From contig JAZDPX010000017.1 in NCBI GenBank assembly GCA_043797125.1, positions 23,340 through 87,339 of the forward strand: a DNA stretch of 64,000 bases, given 5' to 3'. This DNA comes from Candidatus Omnitrophota bacterium. Its GTDB lineage: Bacteria > Omnitrophota > Gorgyraeia > JABMRG01 > JAFGKX01. The notes beneath the pieces are model-generated. The model worked only from the letters and a program-made list of their open reading frames with translations. It did not search any database and had not been told where the DNA came from. Both the position numbers and the translations under genes were made by a program. This document shows, piece by piece, positions 46,302 through 54,850 of this stretch; position 1 is the stretch's first letter; each line of letters begins with the position of its first letter.

Positions 46302-47116
46302 GTAACAGTAACCCTTCCTTCTATTTCATCTATTGATCGGTTGACCATCTCATCGTTTATCTGAAAGCCCTCTACAACATAGCCATGCAAAAGGGCCTTG
46401 TCGCAAACAACATTTATAAGCCGCGGTATTCCTGAGCTGTAGGCATATATAATTTCTATTGCGCTGTCTGTGAAAACAATATTCCCCGAGGAACCTGCGA
46501 TTCGAAGCCTGTGATAGATATAATCTTTAATTTCATCCCCGTCTAGAGGCGGTATATGATATCTTACGGTTATTCTCTGCCTGAGCTGTTTTAAGTCATC
46601 GCAAGCTAGTTTCTCATTAAGCTCGGGCTGGCCAACAAGCATTATCTGTATCAATTTTTCTTTTTCGGTCTCAAGATTGGAAAGCAGCCTGACCTGCTCG
46701 AGCACTTTTCCATGAAGATTTTGAGCCTCATCAATTATAAGGACCACGTTGTTTTTGCGTGTTAATTCTTCGATAAGAAAATTGTTCAAGGTTTTTAACA
46801 TCTCAAATTTGTTTTTTGTCTTAACTTTAAGCCCTAAGTCTTCAACAATACTCTGAAGCAGCTGCAGCTCCGAAAGGGAGGGGTTTAATATAAAGGCTGT
46901 TTTAATATTAGGGCTGATATCTCTAAGCAAAGCGCGGCATAGGGTTGTCTTGCCCGCGCCGACCTCTCCTGTTATTTCAATAAAGCCCTTGCGCTGCTTT
47001 ATGCCATAAAGAATATGAGAATAGGCTTCCTTATGGTGCTTGCTCATATAAAGATAGCCTGGATCGCTGGTTACGCTGAATGGATTTTCTTTTAGGCCGT
47101 AAAATTGTTCGTACAT
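46298..47116 (-). CDS. ExeA/GspA/MshM-like AAA ATPase.
   Basis: 'GEVGAGKTTLCRALL' and Walker B 'VVLIIDEAQNL'. Confidence 0.7.
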   Translation of the reverse strand: MYEQFYGLKENPFSVTSDPGYLYMSKHHKEAYSHILYGIKQRKGFIEITGEVGAGKTTLCRALLRDISPNIKTAFILNPSLSELQLLQSIVEDLGLKVKTKNKFEMLKTLNNFLIEELTRKNNVVLIIDEAQNLHGKVLEQVRLLSNLETEKEKLIQIMLVGQPELNEKLACDDLKQLRQRITVRYHIPPLDGDEIKDYIYHRLRIAGSSGNIVFTDSAIEIIYAYSSGIPRLINVVCDKALLHGYVVEGFQINDEMVNRSIDEIEGRVTVT

Positions 47117-47171
47117 TTCAGTATTATATATACACCTTATGAAACAAAAAGTAAAGCAGATTTTTTTGTTT

Positions 47172-47200
47172 TTGACTGGCTTGGGAATCTATGCTATAAT
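47172..47200 (+). promoter_or_regulatory. Sigma70 promoter (TTGACT, 17-nt spacer, TATAAT), followed by a CACAGATTATCACAGATTAG motif.
   Basis: Read directly from the sequence. The motif is at 47193-47212. Confidence 0.5.
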
Positions 47201-47243
47201 CCACAGATTATCACAGATTAGAAGAAGCACAAGGAGGTTTTAT

Positions 47244-47648
47244 ATGCCAGACATAAATCAAAGAATAGAACCAACATTGCTTTTCTCGGTTCTGTGCGAT
47301 GATGTACGCAGGGAGGATAACGGAAAATTCCTGCTTATAGGCCTATTTGAAACAATCGGGGCTGCCAGTTTTCCTGTACAGCACCGCAAGCTATTTATCA
47401 TGAACTGCTGGTGCAGCGGCATGGGCGATTTTGATCAGAGGACAAGGATTCTAACGCCTAGCGGAGAGAAGCTTATCGAGGATAAGAGTTCGAATTTCAC
47501 GCTTAGCAACTTGCGCTCAAAACATAGAATTGTAGCAAGGTTCAATAATATACTTTTTAAGGATCCCGGAGAATACTCTGTCGAGGTGCTTTTAGATAAT
47601 GAATTAAAGGTGCGCTATCCTCTGGTAGTTGAGAAAGTCAATCCATAA
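47244..47648 (+). CDS. Hypothetical protein of 135 aa.
   Basis: RBS AAGGAGG upstream of the ATG. Confidence 0.5.
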   Translation: MPDINQRIEPTLLFSVLCDDVRREDNGKFLLIGLFETIGAASFPVQHRKLFIMNCWCSGMGDFDQRTRILTPSGEKLIEDKSSNFTLSNLRSKHRIVARFNNILFKDPGEYSVEVLLDNELKVRYPLVVEKVNP

Positions 47649-47651
47649 GCC

Positions 47652-48176
47652 ATGGGGCAAGTAAAAAGAATTCAAACTGTAAAGTTAATCTGCGGACTGA
47701 TAAGCGTTGACGCAGCGCTCTTTCAAAGATCGGCAAAACTCTTAAGCGGAAAATTCGGCGCTATAGATTACAAAAGCCCGATATTTGATTTTGACTTTAC
47801 CGATTATTATAAAGAGGAAATGGGCACAAACCTTAAAAGGCAATTTTTGAGTTTTTCAAGGCTTATTAATCCGGAGCTTTTGCCAAAAATAAAATTATAT
47901 ACAAACAAGATTGAGGCGAAGTTTGCACGTAATAATAAGCGCACGGTTAATATTGACCCGGGTTATATTACAGCCGCAAAATTAATTTTAGCAACAACCA
48001 AGGACTATAGCCACAGGATATATCTTAACAGGGGAATTTATGCCGAAATAACACTGACATATAGGGGCGATAGTTTTACTCAGGGCGAGCTTACGTTTCC
48101 GGATTACAGGACAGAGCATTACATAGAAACGTTTAATAAAATAAGGCGGATTTATATGGGGCAAATTAAACTATGA
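47652..48176 (+). CDS. Hypothetical protein, DUF4416-like.
   Basis: 'NIDPGYITAAKLILATTKDYSHRIYL' pattern. Confidence 0.4.
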   Translation: MGQVKRIQTVKLICGLISVDAALFQRSAKLLSGKFGAIDYKSPIFDFDFTDYYKEEMGTNLKRQFLSFSRLINPELLPKIKLYTNKIEAKFARNNKRTVNIDPGYITAAKLILATTKDYSHRIYLNRGIYAEITLTYRGDSFTQGELTFPDYRTEHYIETFNKIRRIYMGQIKL

Positions 48177-48952
48177 TACCTCACGACAAAATATACATAC
48201 ATATGCCCTTTAACAACCTGATAAATAACCTGGATGAATTTTGCCGGCTTAAATTTAACTGCGAGATTTATTTTGCCGCTGATGCGTTGACAACTATCCG
48301 GGGGGGCCAGATAAAGAGGATTAATGCCGCGTTTGACAAAAACAACATAAAAAGATCCATACATGCGCCTTTTATGGACCTAAACCCGGGCAGTTATGAT
48401 ATGGAAATAAGGCAGATAAGTATTAATAGATACAAACAAAGCATTGATGCATGCGTAAAACTTAAAGCCGAAAGAATGGTTGTTCATACGCACTACAGCC
48501 CCATATTCCACAGAGGCCATAAAGAGGCATGGCTTGCCAATACAGCCTCGGGCATTAACAGTGTTTGCGATTACGCCGCTAAAAAGAGCGTTACTATAGC
48601 TGTTGAGAATTCCCTTGATGACTCAAGCTGGCCTACCCTTGAATTGCTAAAGCAAGTAGGCAGGCTTAAGGCGTGTTTTGATGTTGCCCATTATAATGTC
48701 TTTAGCCCGCTTGGATGGGAGGCGGAGCTCGCGCAGTATAAGCCTGATTCAATTTTGGAAGTGCATCTTTCCGATAATAACGGTAAGGCAGATGAACATT
48801 TGCCGCTCGGCGAAGGCATAATTGATTTTAAAAAATTCCTAAAAATAATTGCAGAAAAAAACATATCGCCGTTTATAACTATCGAGCCGCACGATAAGGA
48901 AGGGCTGTATAAGGGGTTGGAGTATATAAAGAAATTAAAAATTAAAAATTAA
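48173..48952 (+). CDS. Sugar-phosphate isomerase/epimerase (xylose-isomerase-like TIM barrel).
   Basis: 'AVEN', 'VHLSDNNG..DEHLPLGEG'. Confidence 0.6.
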   Translation: MIPHDKIYIHMPFNNLINNLDEFCRLKFNCEIYFAADALTTIRGGQIKRINAAFDKNNIKRSIHAPFMDLNPGSYDMEIRQISINRYKQSIDACVKLKAERMVVHTHYSPIFHRGHKEAWLANTASGINSVCDYAAKKSVTIAVENSLDDSSWPTLELLKQVGRLKACFDVAHYNVFSPLGWEAELAQYKPDSILEVHLSDNNGKADEHLPLGEGIIDFKKFLKIIAEKNISPFITIEPHDKEGLYKGLEYIKKLKIKN

Positions 48953-49045
48953 AAATGCAAAATTACAATGCAAAATTAAAAAATTAAATAATTTTAAATT
49001 TTTAATTGCAATTTTTAATTTTACATTTTGAATTTTGAATTAAAA
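48920..49045. repeat. AT-rich long imperfect palindrome containing AAAATTAAAAATGCAAAATT units.
   Basis: The left and right arms are approximately reverse complements. Related to 18972-18998. Confidence 0.45.
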
Positions 49046-49059
49046 CGCTCGATAACACT

Positions 49060-49812
49060 ATGAAGATTGCGAGATTCACATATAAAAATAAAACCTGCTA
49101 CGGAAAGGTTTCCGGAAAATATCTTAATATTATAAGCGGGTCGATTTTTGGAAAATTTAAAATTACAAATAAAAAAGCAGCTATTTCAAAAGTCAGGCTC
49201 CTTGTCCCGGTGCAACCGAGCAAAATAATATGCGTCGGCTTAAACTACAAAGACCACGCAAAGGAATTAAATATGCCAATTCCTGAAGAACCTGTAATAT
49301 TCATAAAACCGGCGACTTCAGTTATAGGCACGGGCGACAAAATTAAATATCCTAAATCTGCAAATAGAATTGACTACGAAGCCGAGCTTGCTGTTGTAAT
49401 TAAGAAAAACGCAAAAGATGTTAGTGCTAAACGAGCAAAAGATTATATTCTCGGCTACACCTGTTTAAATGATGTAACAGCAAGAGATATACAAAAACGC
49501 GACATGCAATGGACAAGGGCAAAATCTTTTGACACCTTTTGTCCTGTCGGCCCGTATATCTCTACAGGCATAGACCCAGATAATCTATATATAAAGCTAT
49601 TTCTGAACAACGAGCAAAAACAGTCCTCTAACACGTCTAACTTAATATATAAAATTGACGAGCTTATCAGCTTTATATCAAGCGTCATGACGCTAAAACC
49701 GGCTGACATCATTGCAACAGGAACACCCCCCGGCGTAGGCCCTATGAATTCAGGCGATAAAGTGCAGGTAGAGATCGAAAAAATCGGCGTTCTTACAAAT
49801 TTTTTGCTTTGA
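49060..49812 (+). CDS. Fumarylacetoacetate-hydrolase-family protein.
   Basis: 'IICVGLNYKDHA' and 'DYEAELAVVI'. Confidence 0.75.
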   Translation: MKIARFTYKNKTCYGKVSGKYLNIISGSIFGKFKITNKKAAISKVRLLVPVQPSKIICVGLNYKDHAKELNMPIPEEPVIFIKPATSVIGTGDKIKYPKSANRIDYEAELAVVIKKNAKDVSAKRAKDYILGYTCLNDVTARDIQKRDMQWTRAKSFDTFCPVGPYISTGIDPDNLYIKLFLNNEQKQSSNTSNLIYKIDELISFISSVMTLKPADIIATGTPPGVGPMNSGDKVQVEIEKIGVLTNFLL

Positions 49813-49838
49813 CTTTAATGCAAGAACTGGTATATAAT
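49809..49838 (+). promoter_or_regulatory. Sigma70-like promoter: TTGACT, 18-nt spacer, TATAAT.
   Basis: Read directly from the sequence. Confidence 0.4.
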
Positions 49839-49850
49839 GTGTATTTAATA

Positions 49851-49876
49851 GTAGGGCACCCTTAAGGGTGCCCTAC
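49851..49876. repeat. REP-like perfect palindrome GTAGGGCACCCTTAAGGGTGCCCTAC.
   Basis: Self-complementary 26-mer of the GTAG/CTAC family. Confidence 0.6.
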
Positions 49877-49904
49877 AAATTTATATTCGGGAGCTATCTA
49901 TACA

Positions 49905-50432
49905 ATGGATATCATAGAAGCATGGGAAAAGGCCTTAAAAAATACTGAAATTTTCAGGACAAGGATACGTTTTCTGGAAACTTTCATTCACACAGATATT
50001 CCCTATATCTTTTTGGCAGAATCGTCGCTTAACATTGGAGACACAATAGTGAGAAACGGCAGGGTTATTGTGGAAAGGCCTTCTATTATCCTGCCTGGGA
50101 ATATGCCGCAATTTTTGGGTTTTGATTTTGAAGACTCTCTGCACATAGATAGCAATAAAATAATCGATTTTTTATTGATCAGGGGAGTGCGTTTTCCTTC
50201 GCTGAAATATAATAACAGTATTTCACACGTAGACATATACGAAGGCCCCCTGAAAAAGGCCATAGAGCATTATAAAGAAAAGCTGCAGAGAGTAGAAGAC
50301 ACCAACACGGGATTAATTATCGGGCCTGAAGATTGCTGGCAGTTGTCTGCGCTAATTTTTATAAGCACCATTGTGTCCAGATCGGCAGAAGAGGACATAA
50401 GAAGACTTTTTGATCAATATAAAAACAACTAG
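49905..50432 (+). CDS. Hypothetical protein of 175 aa.
   Basis: Open frame with no recognisable motifs. Confidence 0.4.
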   Translation: MDIIEAWEKALKNTEIFRTRIRFLETFIHTDIPYIFLAESSLNIGDTIVRNGRVIVERPSIILPGNMPQFLGFDFEDSLHIDSNKIIDFLLIRGVRFPSLKYNNSISHVDIYEGPLKKAIEHYKEKLQRVEDTNTGLIIGPEDCWQLSALIFISTIVSRSAEEDIRRLFDQYKNN

Positions 50433-50552
50433 TCGTTATCCCTCCCTTATCAGTTCCACTAATACATATAGATATACTAATTTATTTCACGACTTGACTT
50501 TAAAGTTACCGTGTAGTAAACTATTTAATTAATGTTATAAGCGGAGGAGTGC

Positions 50553-51965
50553 GTGTCAAATTTTATTGAGCAGGTATCATTAGTTCCAAGGCCTTTGCGC
50601 TATAAACTTATGGTAGCTTTTGCGCTTATGTCCGTAATCCCTTTGCTTGTTTGCGTATATCTGGTTATCAATTTTGTTTTTCCCAAATATGAAACCATGA
50701 TGGGTTCTGTCAGCGCGCTTATTTTAGTCACTGTTTTCTTAACGCTTTCAGGACTGCGCCTTGCAAAAGAAATGATCATGCCCATTGTGCGAATGTCCCA
50801 GGATGCAAAAAAAATAGCAAACGGAGATTACCAATATTCCGTTAATGTCGTTGGGGAAGACGAGATATCTGATCTGGCCAAGTCATTGAATACCATGTCG
50901 CAGGCTATTAAGGACAATATAGCGGAACTTAAAAGATACGGCGAACGGACAAAAGACATAAATATAGACATAAACAAAAAAATACTGGCGTTGTCCGGGC
51001 TTTTGCAAATCGGCAGCCTTATTTCATCGGGCACGGAATTAAAAAACATAATCGAGATACTAGTCGCAAAAATAGCTGACATAGAGAACGGTTCACCGAC
51101 AGCAATAATGCGCTTGAATGATGAGACAGATATGCTTGAACCAATTTCCTTTCTCAATTTTAAATCTGACAATGCGATAAACCAGGCTGTTACCTTAGGC
51201 CGCAGCCTGCTTGGCAGGGTTGCTGTTGAAACAAGAGAAATAATTATTGACTCAAATACGCTAGAAATTGCCCCTGATACAAAAATGCTTTTAAAAAATT
51301 ACAATATCAATAATCTGGTTGCGATACCTCTTATCATAAACAATAGATGCAAGGGTATTCTATTAACAGGGAACTCAAAGCCTTCATATGTATATACTGA
51401 CGACGATATAGAACTCTTAAAAGTTTTTGCAAAACAGGCTGTCATAGCCATAAGCAACGACAGCCTTAATAGAAGGGCCGCGGAATTGGAAATTGTAGAC
51501 GAACTGACTGGGTTGTATAATCAGACATATTTCATGGAAAGATTTGACGAAGAAATCAAAAGGGCTATTATGTATCAAAGGCCATGTTCGTTTATAATTT
51601 TAAAAATAAACCAATTTGACGCATATTGCGAGAAAAATAGCAGAATGGCGGGTGAGGCAGCGCTTCGAAAAATAGGCAAGCTGGTTATTGAAAATATCAC
51701 CGCGGTAGATAAAGCAGCCAGGATTGCTGATGATGAATTCGTTATAATGCTTCCCGAGAGGAATAAAAGGGAGGCCAGCGTGATAAGCAAGGAGATAACA
51801 AGAAAGATATCAGAGCTTGTCATAGATAAGAGTGCGCAAGAAGAGCCTCACAACCTGACGGCCTCTTGCGGCATTAGCGAAAACCCGCTTGATGGCGCAA
51901 CCAGAGAAGAGCTTGTTACAAAGGCCCGCAACAGGCTTGATGAATCTATGAAGGTACAAAAGTAG
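50553..51965 (+). CDS. Membrane sensor with HAMP, GAF and a degenerate GGDEF domain. GTG start.
   Basis: Two TM segments. HAMP 'DEISDLAKSLNTM'. GGDEF fold with the active-site motif replaced by 'ADDEF'. Confidence 0.65.
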   Translation: MSNFIEQVSLVPRPLRYKLMVAFALMSVIPLLVCVYLVINFVFPKYETMMGSVSALILVTVFLTLSGLRLAKEMIMPIVRMSQDAKKIANGDYQYSVNVVGEDEISDLAKSLNTMSQAIKDNIAELKRYGERTKDINIDINKKILALSGLLQIGSLISSGTELKNIIEILVAKIADIENGSPTAIMRLNDETDMLEPISFLNFKSDNAINQAVTLGRSLLGRVAVETREIIIDSNTLEIAPDTKMLLKNYNINNLVAIPLIINNRCKGILLTGNSKPSYVYTDDDIELLKVFAKQAVIAISNDSLNRRAAELEIVDELTGLYNQTYFMERFDEEIKRAIMYQRPCSFIILKINQFDAYCEKNSRMAGEAALRKIGKLVIENITAVDKAARIADDEFVIMLPERNKREASVISKEITRKISELVIDKSAQEEPHNLTASCGISENPLDGATREELVTKARNRLDESMKVQK

Positions 51966-51984
51966 GGCAAGGAGCTTATAAAGT

Positions 51985-52440
51985 ATGATAACGCCTCCGA
52001 GAAGGATGATATCAAAGCAGCTTGGTGAATTGCTGATTGAACAGAAAATAATAAGTGAAGCCCAGCTGCAAAAGGCCCTCCAGGTTCAAAAGGAGAAAGG
52101 CGGGCTTATCGGCAGCATCTTGGTTTTGCTGGGATTTGCTACAGAAGAACAGATAGCCCAGGCTTTAACAGCGCAATACGGTTTCCCTTATCTGCCTCTT
52201 CAAAACTATGACATAGACCCGGAAGTAGTTAAACTAATACCCAGGAACGTGGCTGAGCAATATGTTTTGATCGCTATAGACAAAATCGGGAATTCCCTTA
52301 CAATTGCTATTGCTAACCCTCTTAACTTACACGCACTCGAGGATGTTGAGCTTATTACTAATTGCAAGGTTCAAACTTTTGTAAGCACTCAGACAGATAT
52401 AAAAGAGACGATCAAAAAATATTATGGTTCAAACCCTTAA
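51985..52440 (+). CDS. Standalone GspE-N / MshEN-like domain protein.
   Basis: 'QLGELLIEQKIISEAQLQKALQVQ', 'GFATEEQIAQAL'. Confidence 0.6.
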   Translation: MITPPRRMISKQLGELLIEQKIISEAQLQKALQVQKEKGGLIGSILVLLGFATEEQIAQALTAQYGFPYLPLQNYDIDPEVVKLIPRNVAEQYVLIAIDKIGNSLTIAIANPLNLHALEDVELITNCKVQTFVSTQTDIKETIKKYYGSNP

Positions 52441-54136
52441 GGAAAAAATAGTAGAGACTCTGCTTGCAAAAAACCTACTGACTCAAAAACAGCTTGATGA
52501 GGCATTAAAGACCCAGAAACAACAAGGCGGAAAGCTTAGCAGTATATTGATAAAACTGGGATTTGTTGCAGAAAAAGACATAGCTTATGTTTTAAGTCAA
52601 AGCCTTAATATCCCGACGATAAATCTGGAAAAGTATAAAGTCGACCCCGCCCTAATAGAACTAATACCTAAACAAACTGCCTATCGTTATGAGGCAATTC
52701 CAGTATCAAAAATGGAAAAAACGCTAACCATCGCTATGGCGGATCCTTTGAATGTCTTTGCGCTGGACGACCTTTCTTCTTTGACAGGTTTTCAGGTACG
52801 GGCTGTGATCGCGACATCCAAAGAAATCCTGGAAGCTATTGAAAGAAGTTACACCACCCACACGCACGCTGCCCTGGAAGAAGTTGTCGGAGATATGCTA
52901 AAACCTGACGAGCTTACCACGCATGTCCTTGAGTCAAAAACATTAGACACGGTAGAGCTCAAACATATGGTGAACGAAGTCCCTGTAGTAAAGGTAACTA
53001 ATATGATACTGGCAGAGGCAACTAAACTAAAGGCGAGCGACGTACTAATTGAACCCTTGGAAAGCCTTACAAGGGTAAGGTACCGCATAGACGGACTTTT
53101 GCAGGAAGCAAGGACTTTGCCAAAAAATATGCATGACGCTGTAATCACCAGGATAAAGGTCATGTCAGAATTAAATATATCGGAGCACCGCCTGCCGCAA
53201 GACGGCAGATTTAAATTAAAATATAAAGACAGGTACGTTGATTTTAGAATATCTGTTTTACCCAGCAGCTACGGAGAGAAGGCGAGCATGAGAATATTGG
53301 ATAAAGCACAGGTCACTCTTGATATAGAAAAGCTTGGCATAGAGGGGAGTTCGCTTAAGGAAATAAACACTGCTGCCATGCGCCCGCACGGCATGATATT
53401 ATCATGCGGGCCAACAGGCAGCGGCAAGACAACGACATTATACTCAATTCTTAAAAAAATTGATTCTCCCGACAGAAATATTATAACTGTTGAGGACCCG
53501 GTAGAATTTGACTTGGCAGGCATAAATCAGGTAAATGCCAGGCCGGAAATAGGCCTTACATTTGGCGCTGCCTTGCGTTCGATATTAAGGCAGGACCCGG
53601 ATATTATTATGGTCGGCGAAATAAGAGATTACGAGACAGCGGATATCGCGATAAAGGCCGCGCTTACAGGGCATCTGGTATTAAGCACATTACACACCAA
53701 TACGGCTCCCGGAGCAATTACAAGGATGGTCAATATGGGCATTGAACCTTTTTTAATCGCGTCCAGCGTTGTTTTAATTGTCGCGCAAAGGTTAATACGC
53801 GTAATCTGCCCGAAGTGCAAAGAACACTATGAAATAGACGAAGCTATTAAAAAAGAATTTGACCTGTCAAAAATAAAACAAACCGTATTTTATAGAGGTA
53901 AAGGATGCGAGGCGTGTTTAGGCACAGGTTATAAAGGTAGAACTTGTATTGTCGAGGCCGTTGCCCTGGATGCAAAGGTAAGGTTGGCTGTCATGAATAA
54001 GGCCTCAGAACATGAAATCAAAGCTATTGCCCGGCAAAACGGCATGGAAACCTTGCGAGAAGCAGGGCTTAATAAGGCCATGAATGGCATAACATCACTC
54101 GAAGAAGTTATACGGGTGAGCGTTGCGGATAAATAA
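52424..54136 (+). CDS. Type IV pilus / T2SS assembly ATPase (PilB/GspE/MshE family), copy 1.
   Basis: Two N-terminal GspE-N repeats. Walker A 'GPTGSGKTTT'. 'MVGEIRD'. CxxC...CxxC zinc motif. Confidence 0.85.
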   Translation: MVQTLKEKIVETLLAKNLLTQKQLDEALKTQKQQGGKLSSILIKLGFVAEKDIAYVLSQSLNIPTINLEKYKVDPALIELIPKQTAYRYEAIPVSKMEKTLTIAMADPLNVFALDDLSSLTGFQVRAVIATSKEILEAIERSYTTHTHAALEEVVGDMLKPDELTTHVLESKTLDTVELKHMVNEVPVVKVTNMILAEATKLKASDVLIEPLESLTRVRYRIDGLLQEARTLPKNMHDAVITRIKVMSELNISEHRLPQDGRFKLKYKDRYVDFRISVLPSSYGEKASMRILDKAQVTLDIEKLGIEGSSLKEINTAAMRPHGMILSCGPTGSGKTTTLYSILKKIDSPDRNIITVEDPVEFDLAGINQVNARPEIGLTFGAALRSILRQDPDIIMVGEIRDYETADIAIKAALTGHLVLSTLHTNTAPGAITRMVNMGIEPFLIASSVVLIVAQRLIRVICPKCKEHYEIDEAIKKEFDLSKIKQTVFYRGKGCEACLGTGYKGRTCIVEAVALDAKVRLAVMNKASEHEIKAIARQNGMETLREAGLNKAMNGITSLEEVIRVSVADK

Positions 54137-54167
54137 GGTTAAAGGATAAAGGTTAAAGGACGAGAAA

Positions 54168-54458
54168 ATGGAGTTAATACATACGGTTAGGGTAACGGAC
54201 GCAATTATGGCTTATGCGACTGCTGTAATGGCGGTATTTACAATAGTTATTTTTTTGGCTTTGATTTATTGCGCTGCTTTGATAAAAAGGGGCCTTGCGG
54301 GTTTGCGCGTCTATTTGAAATTTGCAAGTATGCAACAGGCAATAATGAATAAAAATATAATTAATTTATTTCCCGGAACAGACCAAGAGAAGCAAAGAGC
54401 AAAAAAGGAGCTGGATGCTGTCACTGGCAACATACTGAATGATATAGAGACGTTTTAG
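54168..54458 (+). CDS. Small hypothetical membrane protein.
   Basis: One TM segment, 96 aa. Confidence 0.35.
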   Translation: MELIHTVRVTDAIMAYATAVMAVFTIVIFLALIYCAALIKRGLAGLRVYLKFASMQQAIMNKNIINLFPGTDQEKQRAKKELDAVTGNILNDIETF

Positions 54459-54478
54459 GAAAGGTTAAAGGATAAAGG

Positions 54479-54850
54479 ATGGTAGAAACGAAAAAAATTT
54501 TAATAGTTGATGATGACAAACAGATAAGAGACCTGCTAAGCGATTACCTGACAAAAAAGGGCTTCATGGTAAGCACCGCTAAAGACGGGCTAGAGGCGAT
54601 AAGTAAGTCTGAAGCAGAAAAATTTGATTATATTTTTCTAGATATAAAAATGTCCGGGCTAAACGGCGTCGAGGTGTTCAAACATATAAAGCAAAACAAG
54701 CCCCAGACAAACATAATTATAATGACAGGTTTTCGCATTATGGCTGAAGAACTTATGTCTGATGAATTAAAAAAACAGATCCATACAATCTTGTATAAAC
54801 CGTTCAGCATGAAGTGTGTTTTAAAATGTGTCGGGAGCAAGTGCGAATAA
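54479..54850 (+). CDS. Standalone response-regulator receiver (CheY-like).
   Basis: 'ILIVDDD' and phospho-acceptor Asp in 'FLDIKMSG'. Confidence 0.75.
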   Translation: MVETKKILIVDDDKQIRDLLSDYLTKKGFMVSTAKDGLEAISKSEAEKFDYIFLDIKMSGLNGVEVFKHIKQNKPQTNIIIMTGFRIMAEELMSDELKKQIHTILYKPFSMKCVLKCVGSKCE

